This document shows positions 10,195-21,699 of a stretch of 64,000 bases of DNA, piece after piece. The stretch lies in NCBI GenBank assembly GCA_963663865.1, contig OY760686.1, positions 2,080,001 to 2,144,000 of the forward strand, in the 5' to 3' direction. Numbering within the stretch: the stretch's first letter is position 1; the number at the start of each line of letters is the position of its first letter. The notes beneath the pieces are model-generated. The model saw only the letters and a program-made list of their open reading frames with translations, was not told where the DNA came from and ran no database searches. This stretch comes from Spirochaetota bacterium. GTDB taxonomy: Bacteria; Spirochaetota; UBA4802; UBA5550. Both the position numbers and the translations under genes were made by a program.

Positions 10195-11577
10195 TTAATC
10201 GAGGATCCTGGGTGTTCTTGGATAAGGAATCACATCACGTATATTCTGCATCCCGGTGACGTACTGAATCATCCTCTCGAACCCAAGCCCGAATCCCGCG
10301 TGCGGAACTGAGCCGTATTTTCGCAAATCAAGATAGCGTCGGTAGTTCTCAGGATTCAATCGGGCTTTTATCATTTTTTCCTTTAGAGCTGAGATATCGT
10401 TTTCCCTTTCGCTTCCGCCTATTATTTCACCAAGCCTGGGTACAAGAACGTCCATTGCCCGCACAGTCTTGCCGTCAGCATTATCCTTCATATAAAATGC
10501 CTTTATCTCGGCCGGATAATCTGTCAGGATTACCGGACTTTGACATATTTTCTCCGTTAAAAACTTTTCATGCTCGCTCTGAAGGTCGCATCCCCAGCTG
10601 ACAGGAAACTCAAAGGCTTCACCTGAAGCTCTGAGCCTATCTACTGCTTCGGTATAGCTCATTTTCACAAAATCGCTGCCCGCCACCCTATCAAGAGATT
10701 TGATCAAACCCGGAGAAATCCTCGAATCAAAAAACTCCATCTCGTCCGGGCATTCCGCAAGCGTTCTCCGTAAAAGCACCCTGATGAAATCCTCTGCCAG
10801 CTCCATATTGTCTGAAATGTCGGAAAATGCCATTTCCGGTTCAATCATCCAAAACTCTGAAAGGTGTCTGGCGGTATTTGAGTTCTCGGCCCTGAAGGTT
10901 GGACCGAATGTGTATATCCTCCGCAGCGCAAGGGCAAGCGCTTCACCTTCAAGCTGACCGCTTACCGTGAGCGACGCCTTTGCCCCGAAGAAATCCTGGC
11001 TGTAATCGGGAAGCCCTTCCGCCCGCGGCACTTCATGCAGAGGAAGTGTTGTTACCTGAAACATCTCTCCCGCTCCCTCACAATCGCTGCCGGTAATAAT
11101 TGGCGTATGCACAAGAAAAAAACCGCGCTCAGAAAAGTACTGATGAACCGCCATACTGAGGAAACTTCTCAGCCTGAAAATTGCTCCAAATGTGTTTGTT
11201 CTTCCTCTTAGGTGCGGAACAGTCCTTAAAAAATCAAATGAATGTCTCTTTTTCTGAAGTACATAATCCGAATCGGCCTTTCCTATCACTCTAAGCTTTT
11301 CAGACTGAAGTTCTGAAGACTGTCCCTGCCCTGGAGAAACGACGAGTCTGCCTGTAATCTCTACAGAAGCCCCGGTTCCAAGCTCATGCCTTAATGAGCT
11401 GAACATTTCAGAATTTGATGAGAAAACCGCCTGAATGCTTTTCGAAGTTGAACCGTCGCCTATCTCAAGAAACACGACATTTTTTGACTCCCTCAGAGTC
11501 CTTATCCATCCGGTCAGAACCACTTCTTTTCCGTCCGGTTCTATCTCAATAATCTCTTTTACTGAAAGGTATTTCAT
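10195..11577 (-). CDS. asnS: Asparagine--tRNA ligase
   Basis: OB-fold GWIRT, HLRGRTN, LTVSGQL, TFGPTFRAENSNT.RHL.EFWMIEPE, PHAGFGLGFER. Confidence 0.97.
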   Translation of the reverse strand: MKYLSVKEIIEIEPDGKEVVLTGWIRTLRESKNVVFLEIGDGSTSKSIQAVFSSNSEMFSSLRHELGTGASVEITGRLVVSPGQGQSSELQSEKLRVIGKADSDYVLQKKRHSFDFLRTVPHLRGRTNTFGAIFRLRSFLSMAVHQYFSERGFFLVHTPIITGSDCEGAGEMFQVTTLPLHEVPRAEGLPDYSQDFFGAKASLTVSGQLEGEALALALRRIYTFGPTFRAENSNTARHLSEFWMIEPEMAFSDISDNMELAEDFIRVLLRRTLAECPDEMEFFDSRISPGLIKSLDRVAGSDFVKMSYTEAVDRLRASGEAFEFPVSWGCDLQSEHEKFLTEKICQSPVILTDYPAEIKAFYMKDNADGKTVRAMDVLVPRLGEIIGGSERENDISALKEKMIKARLNPENYRRYLDLRKYGSVPHAGFGLGFERMIQYVTGMQNIRDVIPYPRTPRILD

Positions 11578-11867
11578 TTTAATTCAATCCCGATACCAAA
11601 TTATTCCGCTTCGCTCTGCCTTTAATGAAGAAATTGAGAACATATTGAAGATTATATAGCAACATCAAAATAACCAATACATCACTGTATCAAGCAAATA
11701 TTCCAAAAACTTTGTACTTTGATCAAATTTTAAACTTTTTTAGAAATTATTTTTCCATATACTTACTCATAGAAGTTAACTTATTCCACTTCAAAACGAA
11801 AAGTGGTTGAATATTCAATACAGTCATATTAAAATGCAGTGAATGTTATATATTTGGAGGCTTGTTT

Positions 11868-12047
11868 TTGAATCTAACGGTCGTTTTCAGAAAGCTTGTC
11901 CTCTTTGTTCAAACATTTATCCTGCTGGTAGTTTTTCTGGCAGCATCTTTTTTTATGCTTTATTGCGCAAAAACATTTCTCGGAATAGACTTGTTAAGAA
12001 ATGTGCACATTGAGGATTTTATCGAAGACGTAAACCATCAGCCATAA
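11868..12047 (+). CDS. Small membrane protein
   Basis: GGAGG 7 nt before TTG at 11868; one TM; first gene of a co-oriented run. Confidence 0.5.
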   Translation: MNLTVVFRKLVLFVQTFILLVVFLAASFFMLYCAKTFLGIDLLRNVHIEDFIEDVNHQP

Positions 12048-12065
12048 AGTCAAAACGGAGGTTAC

Positions 12066-13331
12066 ATGAAGAGACTTTTTATTATATCTGCTGCCGCAGC
12101 CCTTTCCTCGCTTCTATTTGCCGGAAATATTTCCGCTTCAGAAAAACGGACTGTTGCTGTAATGAACTTTGCTAATTACGGCAGCAACGATTTAAAACAG
12201 CTTTCAGGTTCACTGCCAGATACAGTTTCGTCGGCTATGTCTTTAACAAACAAAGTCACCGTTGTAGAGAGAAGACAATTAGGCAAGGTAGTGGACGAGA
12301 TTGCCCTCGGGCAAACAGGGCTTATCAATACTGGTAAAGTAGCCCAGGCGGGAAGACTCTCTCAGGCGGATATACTGGTTGTGGGTTCAGTTTCAGGTTC
12401 GAACCGGGAAGTAATAGTGACGATTAAAGCCGTCGAGGTTGAGACGGGAAAAATCCTGGATGCCCGTTCTTTTAAAGGCCCATTTTCATCAATAAGTGAA
12501 TTAGCATCCATGTCGGCAGGCGTTATGGCCTCGGTTGTTTCAGGTGCTGCAATTGGAACCCTGTCCGTTTCTTCTAAGCCCGCCGGCGCGGCGGTTTACG
12601 CGGACGGGGCAGAGATAGGCCGCACGCCGATTGTAGAACACAGTCTTACAGAGGGCAAACACCGTATTAAAGTTGTCAAACAGGGTTTTATCGATTACGA
12701 GACCACACTGAGTATAACACCCGGAAAAGATAAACAGATTAATCCGTACCTTATTGACGAAAATGCAGCTGACAGGTTCGAGTTTGATGCATCAGTCTAT
12801 TATTTTGTTCCTTTTAATTCTGATTTCGAACAATCAATACTCTATTCGATTTTCTGGGGATATACCTTCGATGTTTTTCTGATTGGTTTTGAGGGCGGAG
12901 CATCAATTTTTCCCCATGATCAGGAGGTCGAGAACTTTCCTTTTGACGACAATCTCATGGCCCGCGATTATATGCTTATTTCTCTAATGGGTCATCTCAG
13001 CATGCCTGTGATTCCACGCTCCTGGGCTATCTCACGTTATATTCAACCCTTTGCAGGCATAATGATGGGATACAACATGCTTCAGGACCGTTCAGACAAT
13101 TATGACAATACCTCAAGCCACCTCTTTGCCTATGGTATCAAAGCTGGTGTAAACCTCTTTCCTTATTCAGCCTTTTCACTTTTTGCTGAATGCAGAATTA
13201 CGTCGGTTTACCCGCGTTTAAAGCGAACTGTTTATGAAGGACAGGGTTTCACGGGCGGCTTGATAACCAGGGAAGAGAAAGTAGCATTTACCGCTCTAAG
13301 CCTTGGCGGCGGAATAAGGATTTATTTTTGA
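12066..13331 (+). CDS. Exported CsgG/FlgO-like + PEGA domain protein with C-terminal outer-membrane beta-barrel
   Basis: Signal peptide; VAVMNF..VVERRQL...EIALGQTG; PEGA SSKPAGAAVYADG...GRTP; C-terminal aromatic strand GGGIRIYF. Confidence 0.75.
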   Translation: MKRLFIISAAAALSSLLFAGNISASEKRTVAVMNFANYGSNDLKQLSGSLPDTVSSAMSLTNKVTVVERRQLGKVVDEIALGQTGLINTGKVAQAGRLSQADILVVGSVSGSNREVIVTIKAVEVETGKILDARSFKGPFSSISELASMSAGVMASVVSGAAIGTLSVSSKPAGAAVYADGAEIGRTPIVEHSLTEGKHRIKVVKQGFIDYETTLSITPGKDKQINPYLIDENAADRFEFDASVYYFVPFNSDFEQSILYSIFWGYTFDVFLIGFEGGASIFPHDQEVENFPFDDNLMARDYMLISLMGHLSMPVIPRSWAISRYIQPFAGIMMGYNMLQDRSDNYDNTSSHLFAYGIKAGVNLFPYSAFSLFAECRITSVYPRLKRTVYEGQGFTGGLITREEKVAFTALSLGGGIRIYF

Positions 13332-13342
13332 GGGATACCATA

Positions 13343-13822
13343 ATGAAAATAATTAATATTTATCTTTTAACCATACTTGTTTTTTCAGGAGGTTGCCTTG
13401 CTGAATCAACAGATGACGAAACACCCGTTCCGGTAACGCCGGTTTTTCCGGATACAACGCGCATTGAGCTTCAGCTGCCTGCCCATCAGTCCACTGTCAC
13501 AACCGCAACAGAATTCATGTGGGATGAGAGCGAGGATTTGAGTATAGTTTTTGCTGTTTTCAGTTCACAGCCTGTTGTTGATGCGAATACCTTAAAAATC
13601 AGCAACAATGAAAGCATCGTAGCTGGAACTCACACTGGAAGGGAAGGTCTTTCACGAGGCAGCCTGGTTCTATCTGAAACTTACGTCTACAATCCTGACA
13701 CTGATAGATTTACTGAAGAGAAATTCCTGCCGCCTGCTGGCACGTACTACTGGTGCCTCTGGGGATTTAAGGGCGCAGTATTAAAATATTCCAGCCCAGT
13801 ATGGCAGTTTACTATAGAATAA
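13343..13822 (+). CDS. Putative lipoprotein (Ig/Fn3-like beta domain)
   Basis: MKII...VFSGGC lipobox; GTYYWCLWG...SPVWQFTIE. Confidence 0.65.
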   Translation: MKIINIYLLTILVFSGGCLAESTDDETPVPVTPVFPDTTRIELQLPAHQSTVTTATEFMWDESEDLSIVFAVFSSQPVVDANTLKISNNESIVAGTHTGREGLSRGSLVLSETYVYNPDTDRFTEEKFLPPAGTYYWCLWGFKGAVLKYSSPVWQFTIE

Positions 13823-13835
13823 CGGAGTTTGTTAT

Positions 13836-14831
13836 ATGAAGACTAAATTACCCTCAATTTGTTTTGTTGGATGCGGCTCTATCGCGGCAAGTCACGCAAA
13901 AACACTTAAGTCGCTCTACCCTGATATTGAGCTTTCATTCGCAAGCCGCGATGGTGCCAAAGCAGAGGAATATAGATCACTCTTCAAGGGAGTTAAATCC
14001 TTCAACAAGTATGAAAAAGTTTTTAAGGATCCTGACTGTGATATTGTCTTTATCACCACACCTCATGCTTATCACAGCAAAATAGCTGTTGAAGCCGCAG
14101 ACTCAAAGAAAGATATCATAATCGAAAAGCCCGTAACCCGATCTTTAACCGAGCTTGACGAAATTCTTAAATCTGTCAAAAAAAACCGTGTAAGATGTTC
14201 CGTTGCCGAAAACTATATGTTCAAACCTATTATTCCCAAAATCCGCAAAGCTGTAAACGACGGACTTATCGGTGAAGTTCTCTATATCGAAATCAACAGG
14301 ACACACCTCAACCCGGTAAGCGGCTGGAGAGCAGACAAAAAAATGATGGGCGGAGGAGCTCTTCTGGAAGGCGGTGTTCACTGGATTAATTTTCTCGCTT
14401 CCCTTGCCGATTCAAAACCCCTTGATGTAATTGCCGTTAAACCAGATGTCAAATATGACAGCAAAGTCCCCTTCGAAGACACGCTTATGATTAATGTTAA
14501 CTTTTCAGGCGGTTGCGCCGGAAAACTGCTCTATTCATGGAAAATACCCAATCCTCTCAAAGGTCTTTCACACTCAAAAATATACGGAACAGAGGGAGTA
14601 ATCACCTTTGAAACAAATGGACTGTACGCGTCAGTTTACGGGAAAAAAAGGCGCTTTCATATTACAAATTTTTCAGATTTCCTCGGCTTCAGAGGCATGC
14701 ATAGAAGTTTTATTGAAAACTACATGAACGGAGAGCCCTGGATACCGTCAATGGATAGAATAAAAACAGAGCTCTCCCTGGTTGAAAAGGCTTACGCTTC
14801 GATAAAAAGCAAAAAGTTTGAGAATATCTAA
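13836..14831 (+). CDS. Gfo/Idh/MocA family oxidoreductase
   Basis: VGCGSIA, TTPHAYH, IEKP, GGGALLEGGVH. Confidence 0.9.
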   Translation: MKTKLPSICFVGCGSIAASHAKTLKSLYPDIELSFASRDGAKAEEYRSLFKGVKSFNKYEKVFKDPDCDIVFITTPHAYHSKIAVEAADSKKDIIIEKPVTRSLTELDEILKSVKKNRVRCSVAENYMFKPIIPKIRKAVNDGLIGEVLYIEINRTHLNPVSGWRADKKMMGGGALLEGGVHWINFLASLADSKPLDVIAVKPDVKYDSKVPFEDTLMINVNFSGGCAGKLLYSWKIPNPLKGLSHSKIYGTEGVITFETNGLYASVYGKKRRFHITNFSDFLGFRGMHRSFIENYMNGEPWIPSMDRIKTELSLVEKAYASIKSKKFENI

Positions 14832-14851
14832 AACAGTATTATAGTCATAAA

Positions 14852-14901
14852 AAACATAATATCTTCTGTCTCATAGTTATGAATCAGGAGATATTATGTT
14901 T
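14852..14901. terminator. Long hairpin between convergent genes (probable terminator)
   Basis: aaacataatatcttctg ... caggagatattatgttt with inner tcata/tatga pairing. Confidence 0.65.
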
Positions 14902-14938
14902 CGACCCGAGAAGAAAAAATTTCTCTTTCAAATGATTC

Positions 14939-16294
14939 TTAAAATAATCCTTTAAAATACCTGTAAATTTTACCGCACTGTGATTCATTTACTCCTTCGC
15001 ATATTATCCTGAAAATAGGCTCTGTATTTGAGGGACGAAGATGAATCCACCCGCCTTGAAAATCAGGGTTGCGGTTAAAATCTACACGAAGACCGTCCAG
15101 TTCTGATACTGTCTCACCCGGGAATGTAGCTTTTATTTTTCTGTATATATCTTCGACTGAAAGGGATGAATCGACTTTGACCTTGCCTTTTTTCATTACA
15201 TATGAAGGTAAACTCGCCGCAAGTTCAGAAACAGTTTGCCTGCGCAACGCAAGAAGACTTAAAATGTATGCTATACCAACAAGGCTGTCTCTTCCATAGT
15301 GAACTTCGGGAGAGATTACGCCGCCATTCCCCTCACCGCCAATAACAGATTTTTTTTTCTTCATCAACTCAACTACATTTATTTCGCCGACCATGGATCT
15401 GCTGAATGAAGCGTTATGACTTTTCGCAACATCTTCAACAGCCCTGGTTGTTGAAAGATTAACCGCTACATGTCCATTTGTTTTCCCAAGTAAATACTCA
15501 ACCGCGAAGACTACAGTGGTTTCCTCTCCAAGAGGATTTCCATTTTCATCAACTACTGCAAGACGGTCAGCATCAGGATCTTGAGCAAAACCTATATGAG
15601 CTTTATGTTTTTTTACTGCTTCCGAAAGCTCCTGAAGATTTTCAGCAAGAGGTTCGGCTCCCCTCGGGAACAGTCCGTCAGGTACACAGTTAACTGGTAT
15701 CACCTGACAACCGAGTTTTTTCAGCAACTCCTGCGTTATTATTGAACCAGCACCATTTACTGAATCAATAACTACCTTGAATTTGTTCTTCTTTACAGCT
15801 CTAACATCAATCTTATCGAGAACCTTCTGAATATGAATTGAACCGACTGAAAAATCCTGTTTAACAGATCCGACTTTGTCCCACTTTGAAGAGGATACAG
15901 GCCTTTCCATCATCGAAAAGAATTTTGCAATTTTTGATGAATTTAAAAATGAACCATCAGAAGAAATCAGCTTAAAGGCATTCCATTCAACTGGATTGTG
16001 TGAAGCCGATATTACGATTCCGCCCGCAGCTCCAAGTTCTTCTACCATGAGCTGAACAGTCGGAGTCGGAACTATGCCAATATCAATAACCTCGCATCCA
16101 TTTAAAGCTAAAACAGAAGCAGCCTGATTTAAAATCAACTCACCTGTTGGCCTGGAATCCCTGCCAATCACAACCCGGCCCCTTTTCACATAATTGGCAA
16201 AAGCCCCTGCAACACTGGTGATAAGCTCTGGCGTCATCGTTTCTCCAACAACACCTCTAATCCCTGATACGCTTTTCATTAGAACTGATGACAT
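14939..16294 (-). CDS. glmM: Phosphoglucosamine mutase / phosphohexomutase
   Basis: SGIRG, GRDSR, VISASHNP, DPDADR, GGEGNGG, RPSNTEP. Confidence 0.85.
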   Translation of the reverse strand: MSSVLMKSVSGIRGVVGETMTPELITSVAGAFANYVKRGRVVIGRDSRPTGELILNQAASVLALNGCEVIDIGIVPTPTVQLMVEELGAAGGIVISASHNPVEWNAFKLISSDGSFLNSSKIAKFFSMMERPVSSSKWDKVGSVKQDFSVGSIHIQKVLDKIDVRAVKKNKFKVVIDSVNGAGSIITQELLKKLGCQVIPVNCVPDGLFPRGAEPLAENLQELSEAVKKHKAHIGFAQDPDADRLAVVDENGNPLGEETTVVFAVEYLLGKTNGHVAVNLSTTRAVEDVAKSHNASFSRSMVGEINVVELMKKKKSVIGGEGNGGVISPEVHYGRDSLVGIAYILSLLALRRQTVSELAASLPSYVMKKGKVKVDSSLSVEDIYRKIKATFPGETVSELDGLRVDFNRNPDFQGGWIHLRPSNTEPIFRIICEGVNESQCGKIYRYFKGLF

Positions 16295-16297
16295 TTT

Positions 16298-19039
16298 TTA
16301 CCTTCTGTTTCTTCTGGATTTTTTCCTCTTAACGCCGCCTGTAGTCGGAGCCTGGTCTTTTTTCTTTTTTGCGGCTGAAGACGGATTATTGGCTGTCACT
16401 CCGTCAAATATGTCACCGCCGGTAAAACTTGATGCTTCCGGATGAAATTCTTCCCCAACAGGAATATAATCTTCGCGAAGTTGTTCTTCTCTTCTCTGAA
16501 TCTGTACCTTTGCGAGATACTCAAGAATATCTTCTTTTATAGATATTAAAAGTTCCTTGAACATTCTAAACCCTTCGAGTTTATACTCTACGAGAGGGTT
16601 TTTTTCGCCATAGCCAAGAGTCCATATGCCATCGCGAAGCTGATCCATATTGAGAAGATGCTGCCTCCATTTATTGTCTATCACCTGAAGTGACAGGATT
16701 CGTTCAAGAGCTCTCATATCCCTTGAGCCGAAATGTGATTCCTTCTGTTTGAAAACGTCCTTGATCGCCTCAGAGGCCTTTTTCGCAAGTTCATCCGCAG
16801 ACAGTTCATCGGGTATAATTCCAGTTTCATCAAAATCAACAAGGAGTTTGTTTTTAAACCAGACCTTCATCCCCGGAATGTCCCACTCTTCCGGATGACG
16901 CGCGCCGCCTGTAAAATTTAATAATGCGTTATTAACTATTTCTGTAATGTAATCATTTATTCGACCGGAAACGTCCTCACCCTCAAGAAGGTCATTCCTC
17001 TCATTATAGATATAGTTCCTCTGAGCATTCATTACATCATCATACTCAAGAAGGTGCTTCCTGATTTCAAAATTCCGGCCCTCAACCCTCTTTTGCGCAT
17101 TGGCAATCGCCTTTGAGACCATCTTGCTTTCTATTTCCTGCCCTTCCTGCATTCCAAGACGCTGCATGATATTTGAAATTCTCTCTGAGGCAAACAACCT
17201 CATAAGCTCATCATCAAGAGAAAGGTAAAACCTCGATGAACCGGGATCTCCCTGTCTTCCTGATCGCCCTCTGAGCTGGTTGTCAATTCGTCTCGACTCA
17301 TGCCTTTCCGTACCGAGGATATGCAGTCCGCCAGCCTTCACCACCAGTTCATGATTTTCAGTCCATTCACGGCCTGATTTCACAATCTGTCTTGCTCTTG
17401 CTCTGTCCTGGCCTTCAAGCTCTTCAGCAAGCGTTTCAGCTTTATCAAAGTTCGAGGTGAGCATCAAATTTTTATATTGCGCCCACTTTTCCGGGCTGTG
17501 AACTGGTTCGTGTGACTCGAGCTCTTCCATGAAGTCTTTTTTGCCGCCGAGAACAATGTCGGTTCCGCGACCGGCCATATTAGTGGCTATAGTCACTTTT
17601 CCGGCTTTTCCTGCTTCCGCGATTATTTCAGCTTCTTTTTCATGATACTTTGCATTTAGGACATTGTGAATAATCCCTCTGCTCTTTAAATACGCCGAAA
17701 TCTTTTCTGATTTCTCTATGGATATGGTTCCAACAAGAACAGGCTGGCCCTTCTCGCTTAGTTCAACTATTTCATCAACAATTGCCTTGTATTTCTCTTT
17801 TTCAGTTCTGTAGATTCTGTCGGAATAATCATTTCTCTGAACCAGTCTGTTCGGCGGAACAACAACGACATCAAGTTCGTAAATTTTCTTAAACTCAATT
17901 GCCTCTGTATCGGCTGTTCCAGTCATACCCGAAAGTTTGTTGTACATACGAAAAAAGTTCTGAAATGTTATTGAAGCAAGAGTTTGGCTCTCTCTGGCAA
18001 TTGTAACGTTTTCCTTCGCCTCAAGCGCCTGATGCAGTCCATCCGAATAACGCCTTCCAGGCATTAGTCTTCCGGTAAACTCGTCTACGATTACAACCTG
18101 ACCTTCCTTGACCGTATAATCAACGTCTTTCTGAAACAGGGTGTGTGCTTTCAGGGCCTGATTAATATGGTGAATAATCTCAATATTCTGGTTGTCATAC
18201 AAATTGTCAATTTTGAGAAGTCTTTCAACATGCCTTACTCCATCCTCAGTGAGTACGACATTTCTGTCTTTTTCATTTACTTCATAATCTTCGCCGTCTT
18301 TTAGGCTGGGAATAATTTTGTTTATAAGGTAATATTTTTTTGTCGATTCCTCTGTGGAACCAGAGATAATAAGAGGCGTTCTCGCCTCATCGATAAGGAT
18401 AGAGTCAACCTCGTCAACGATACAAAAATTTCTTGATCTCTGCACCCTGAGCGAACGGTGCTCAACCATGTTATCCCTGAGATAGTCGAATCCGAATTCG
18501 TTATTAGTACCATATGTGATGTCGCAGGCATATGCCTCCTGCCTGGCATGGTGGTTCATATTGTGGAGAATGACTCCAACACTCAACCCGAGGAACTTAT
18601 ATATGGTCCCCATCCACTCCGAGTCTCTTCTCGCCAGATAGTCATTAACGGTTACTACATGCGCCCCTTTCCCTTCAAGAGCGTTAAGATAAACCGGAAG
18701 GGTTGCCACCAGTGTTTTACCTTCACCAGTTTTCATCTCAGCAATCCGTCCCTGATGAAGAACAATTCCACCCATCAACTGAACGTCAAAATGCCTCATC
18801 CCCAGAGTACGAATTGAAGCCTCTCTGACAACCGCAAACGCCTCAGGCAGAATATCCTCAAGGGTTTCACTCTTTGCAAGTCTTTGCTTGAAAACACTGG
18901 TCATTGCCTTCAGTTCATCATCGTTCATTTCCCGAAAGCCCTGTTCAAGGCTGTTTATTTTTTGAACTACAGGTTTTAATCTCTTAACATCCCTGTCATG
19001 CTTAGTTCCTACAAGAAGACTGATAATTCCGTTAATCAT
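16298..19039 (-). CDS. secA: Protein translocase subunit SecA
   Basis: [54 protein letters not shown]. Confidence 0.98.
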   Translation of the reverse strand: MINGIISLLVGTKHDRDVKRLKPVVQKINSLEQGFREMNDDELKAMTSVFKQRLAKSETLEDILPEAFAVVREASIRTLGMRHFDVQLMGGIVLHQGRIAEMKTGEGKTLVATLPVYLNALEGKGAHVVTVNDYLARRDSEWMGTIYKFLGLSVGVILHNMNHHARQEAYACDITYGTNNEFGFDYLRDNMVEHRSLRVQRSRNFCIVDEVDSILIDEARTPLIISGSTEESTKKYYLINKIIPSLKDGEDYEVNEKDRNVVLTEDGVRHVERLLKIDNLYDNQNIEIIHHINQALKAHTLFQKDVDYTVKEGQVVIVDEFTGRLMPGRRYSDGLHQALEAKENVTIARESQTLASITFQNFFRMYNKLSGMTGTADTEAIEFKKIYELDVVVVPPNRLVQRNDYSDRIYRTEKEKYKAIVDEIVELSEKGQPVLVGTISIEKSEKISAYLKSRGIIHNVLNAKYHEKEAEIIAEAGKAGKVTIATNMAGRGTDIVLGGKKDFMEELESHEPVHSPEKWAQYKNLMLTSNFDKAETLAEELEGQDRARARQIVKSGREWTENHELVVKAGGLHILGTERHESRRIDNQLRGRSGRQGDPGSSRFYLSLDDELMRLFASERISNIMQRLGMQEGQEIESKMVSKAIANAQKRVEGRNFEIRKHLLEYDDVMNAQRNYIYNERNDLLEGEDVSGRINDYITEIVNNALLNFTGGARHPEEWDIPGMKVWFKNKLLVDFDETGIIPDELSADELAKKASEAIKDVFKQKESHFGSRDMRALERILSLQVIDNKWRQHLLNMDQLRDGIWTLGYGEKNPLVEYKLEGFRMFKELLISIKEDILEYLAKVQIQRREEQLREDYIPVGEEFHPEASSFTGGDIFDGVTANNPSSAAKKKKDQAPTTGGVKRKKSRRNRR

Positions 19040-19318
19040 TTTTCTTTTTCACCTTTCCCTTTCAAAAGACCGGCCCATCTGCTGACAGACTGGATATTTC
19101 CATAAGTCTGCACGGCCGCGTAACATATACTCTGTTATATTTTCGATTTATCTTGTTTTAGCACTCAAATTGTAACAAGAAACAAAGATCAAAACAGAAT
19201 TTATTGTAAAGAATCTACCTATTAAGCTCAGGATGAATCTTACTGAGTCAAAATGTCAAGATTTGTAAAAAAGAGTATTATTTCAAGCATGATTTAGGCA
19301 TCATCTTTTTTTTCATAC

Positions 19319-20470
19319 TCAGATATTTTCAGAACCTGTAATTTTTTTTGTTTTTGCTTCTATCAGAGCTACCGTTTCAGCGATTCGTATTTTAAGCGCT
19401 TCTATCCCGGCTCCAGTATGAACAGAACCGCTTACAGCATCCCTGAATTCCCCTCGGGTTAATTCAACTATGGATTCATCATCCAGAAGATCTGTTTTAT
19501 TCAGAAAAACAATAACCGGTTTTTCGCCGCAATCAATATGATTAAGCTCCAGATTCACAGTCGCGATATTAACGGATACATCAGCCGCGGTGATATCTAC
19601 AACATGAACGAGATAATCCGACCTCGCTATGTCTTCCAGTGTTGATCTGAATGATTCAATAAGATTTGCCGGTAGATTACGTATGAAGCCCACCGTGTCA
19701 GTAAGGAGCGTTGAGAGTCCGGGATTCAGATATACCGACCTTGTGTACGAATCAAGGGTCGCGAAGAGTCTGTCTTCCACAAAAAGATCGTCCTTTGCCA
19801 GCAGGTTAATAAGACTCGATTTACCTGCATTTGTATAGCCAACAACAGCGCCTGTAATTACGGCAGCTCGTGATTTCCTTACAGTCTCCCTGTGGCGTAA
19901 CTGCCGCCTCATTTTATCTGTAAGAGTCTTAATTCTGCGTTGAATATGTCTCCTGTCTGTCTCAAGCATTTTTTCACCCGGACCGCGTGTTCCGATACCG
20001 CCGCCAAGCCTTGAAAGAACACCGCCAAGCCCCTTTAATCGCGGAAGAATGTACTTTAGCTGCGCAAGCTCGACCTGCATTTTAGCCTCAGAGCTCCTCG
20101 CCCTCCTTGCGAAAATATCAAGTATTACCTCATGTCTCCCTATTACTCTGCACTTGAGCAAATCTTCAAGATTTCTTATCTGGGCAGGCCTTATACCATT
20201 CAGGTCAAAAACAATTAGCCTGATACTTTTTTCCTCAACTATCTCCCTGATTCTGTCAACATATCCCCTGCCAAAGACATAAGCCGGGTCAATTTTTTCC
20301 CGTTTGATAATGATAGTTCCGGCTACAACACCACCGGCTGTCTTTACAAGCATAGAAAGCTCTTCAAGAGAATACTCAAGTTCTTTCTGGCCTTCAAAAC
20401 CGGTCTTTATCCCTATCAGGAAAGCCCTTTCGTCTTTTGATGACGGTATTCTATTTACTGAAGCGTCCAA
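19319..20470 (-). CDS. hflX: GTPase HflX
   Basis: ILDIFARRA, GIGTRGPGE, GYTNAGKSS, LFATLD, DTVGF, NKTD. Confidence 0.96.
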   Translation of the reverse strand: MDASVNRIPSSKDERAFLIGIKTGFEGQKELEYSLEELSMLVKTAGGVVAGTIIIKREKIDPAYVFGRGYVDRIREIVEEKSIRLIVFDLNGIRPAQIRNLEDLLKCRVIGRHEVILDIFARRARSSEAKMQVELAQLKYILPRLKGLGGVLSRLGGGIGTRGPGEKMLETDRRHIQRRIKTLTDKMRRQLRHRETVRKSRAAVITGAVVGYTNAGKSSLINLLAKDDLFVEDRLFATLDSYTRSVYLNPGLSTLLTDTVGFIRNLPANLIESFRSTLEDIARSDYLVHVVDITAADVSVNIATVNLELNHIDCGEKPVIVFLNKTDLLDDESIVELTRGEFRDAVSGSVHTGAGIEALKIRIAETVALIEAKTKKITGSENI

Positions 20471-20912
20471 TCGATTTAATCCTGCAGCCTGCTGTTATAT
20501 TATTTTTTTCAAACCACCCACGGTTCATCTCAAGAGCATATTTTGACTTATAAACCGATGGATATGTTTTTTCCTGAAGTGGTTCCATGTGGAGAATAGA
20601 GACAATGACTCCCTGTGAATCAATGTAAGCAATACTCAGAGAAATATAAGTATTTTTCATCCAGAAGTAGAGCTGCTGCTCTCTTTCAAAAACGAACAGC
20701 ATGCCCCGGTTTTCAGGGAGATGCTTTCTAAACATGAGACCCCTTGATCTCTGTTCCATGGTTTTTGCAATTTCAACCTTTGCGGCAACATCCCCCCCAG
20801 AAGAATTAAGAATGGTAATATCCACAGTATCCAATTCAACGGGAAAAGAGCAAACTGGAAGGAACAACAAAACGATTGCGGTTAATACTTTAAAAAATAC
20901 CAACATATTCAA
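20451..20912 (-). CDS. DUF192 family protein
   Basis: VEIA...RSRGLMFR...GMLFVF...FWMKNT...YALEMNRG. Confidence 0.92.
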   Translation of the reverse strand: MNMLVFFKVLTAIVLLFLPVCSFPVELDTVDITILNSSGGDVAAKVEIAKTMEQRSRGLMFRKHLPENRGMLFVFEREQQLYFWMKNTYISLSIAYIDSQGVIVSILHMEPLQEKTYPSVYKSKYALEMNRGWFEKNNITAGCRIKSIGRFSK

Positions 20913-21645
20913 TTTTCAATATTCTATTTATTGACTCGCCCGGCTGGTATAAAAAATCAAACTCAATCCCAAGTCTCTGCATGTAAGTATAACGCATCCC
21001 AAAATTAAACAGCCATTCGTCCCCATCCCTGAAATCCCAGAACACCCTCTCTATTTCCGTCTTGACCCTGAACATATCATTTAGAGGAAAATCAAGCGCC
21101 AGAAAATACGACGATTCGTCTGGTTCATAGTCAGGCTGCGTCGGCATTCTAAATCCATAGCTCACATACTGCTCTCCTCCGAGAAGGTATATTGGCTTTG
21201 TAAAAGCAATATAGGGGCCATATATGACCCTGTCAACTTCATTAGATGACTTTTCACGCATCCCCTGACGGCCGATGTAAAACGAATCGTACCCTGCTGC
21301 TATTGAAATCGGCCATGAATCCCATCCGTCAGTGAACTTCAATCTTGCAACAACTCCTGGCACATTGAGCTTTGGCGTTTCACTCCCGATTGCGTTCTGA
21401 AAATCAAGTGATACTCCCAAAAACAACATGTCGTGGAGCCCCAACAGTGTCTTAATCTCAATTCCGCCATTATCATATCCCATTAGCGAAAGTGCATAAT
21501 TTCCGCGCCCGAGTGTAAAAGCGGTCGGTGAATCAATATTTGTCAGATTTCTGGTTTGCGAAAACGATGACCCGGCAGCCAAAATTACAAAAAATATGCT
21601 GATAGTAAAAAGCCTTATTGTTCTCATAGAGAAATTATCTTCCAT
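20890..21645 (-). CDS. Exported hypothetical protein, probable outer-membrane beta-barrel (YjbH-like)
   Basis: Signal peptide, IDSPTAFTL, alternating beta strands, C-terminal Phe. Confidence 0.6.
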   Translation of the reverse strand: MEDNFSMRTIRLFTISIFFVILAAGSSFSQTRNLTNIDSPTAFTLGRGNYALSLMGYDNGGIEIKTLLGLHDMLFLGVSLDFQNAIGSETPKLNVPGVVARLKFTDGWDSWPISIAAGYDSFYIGRQGMREKSSNEVDRVIYGPYIAFTKPIYLLGGEQYVSYGFRMPTQPDYEPDESSYFLALDFPLNDMFRVKTEIERVFWDFRDGDEWLFNFGMRYTYMQRLGIEFDFLYQPGESINRILKIEYVGIF

Positions 21646-21699
21646 AACATATTATATATAGCACAGGGATTTCTATTTAAGTCTACCTGTTTCATTTAA

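Noticed and set aside
10325-10350. AsnRS YRRYLDLR where YxWYLDLR is usual
   Set aside because: A single substitution; all catalytic motifs are intact and significance cannot be judged.
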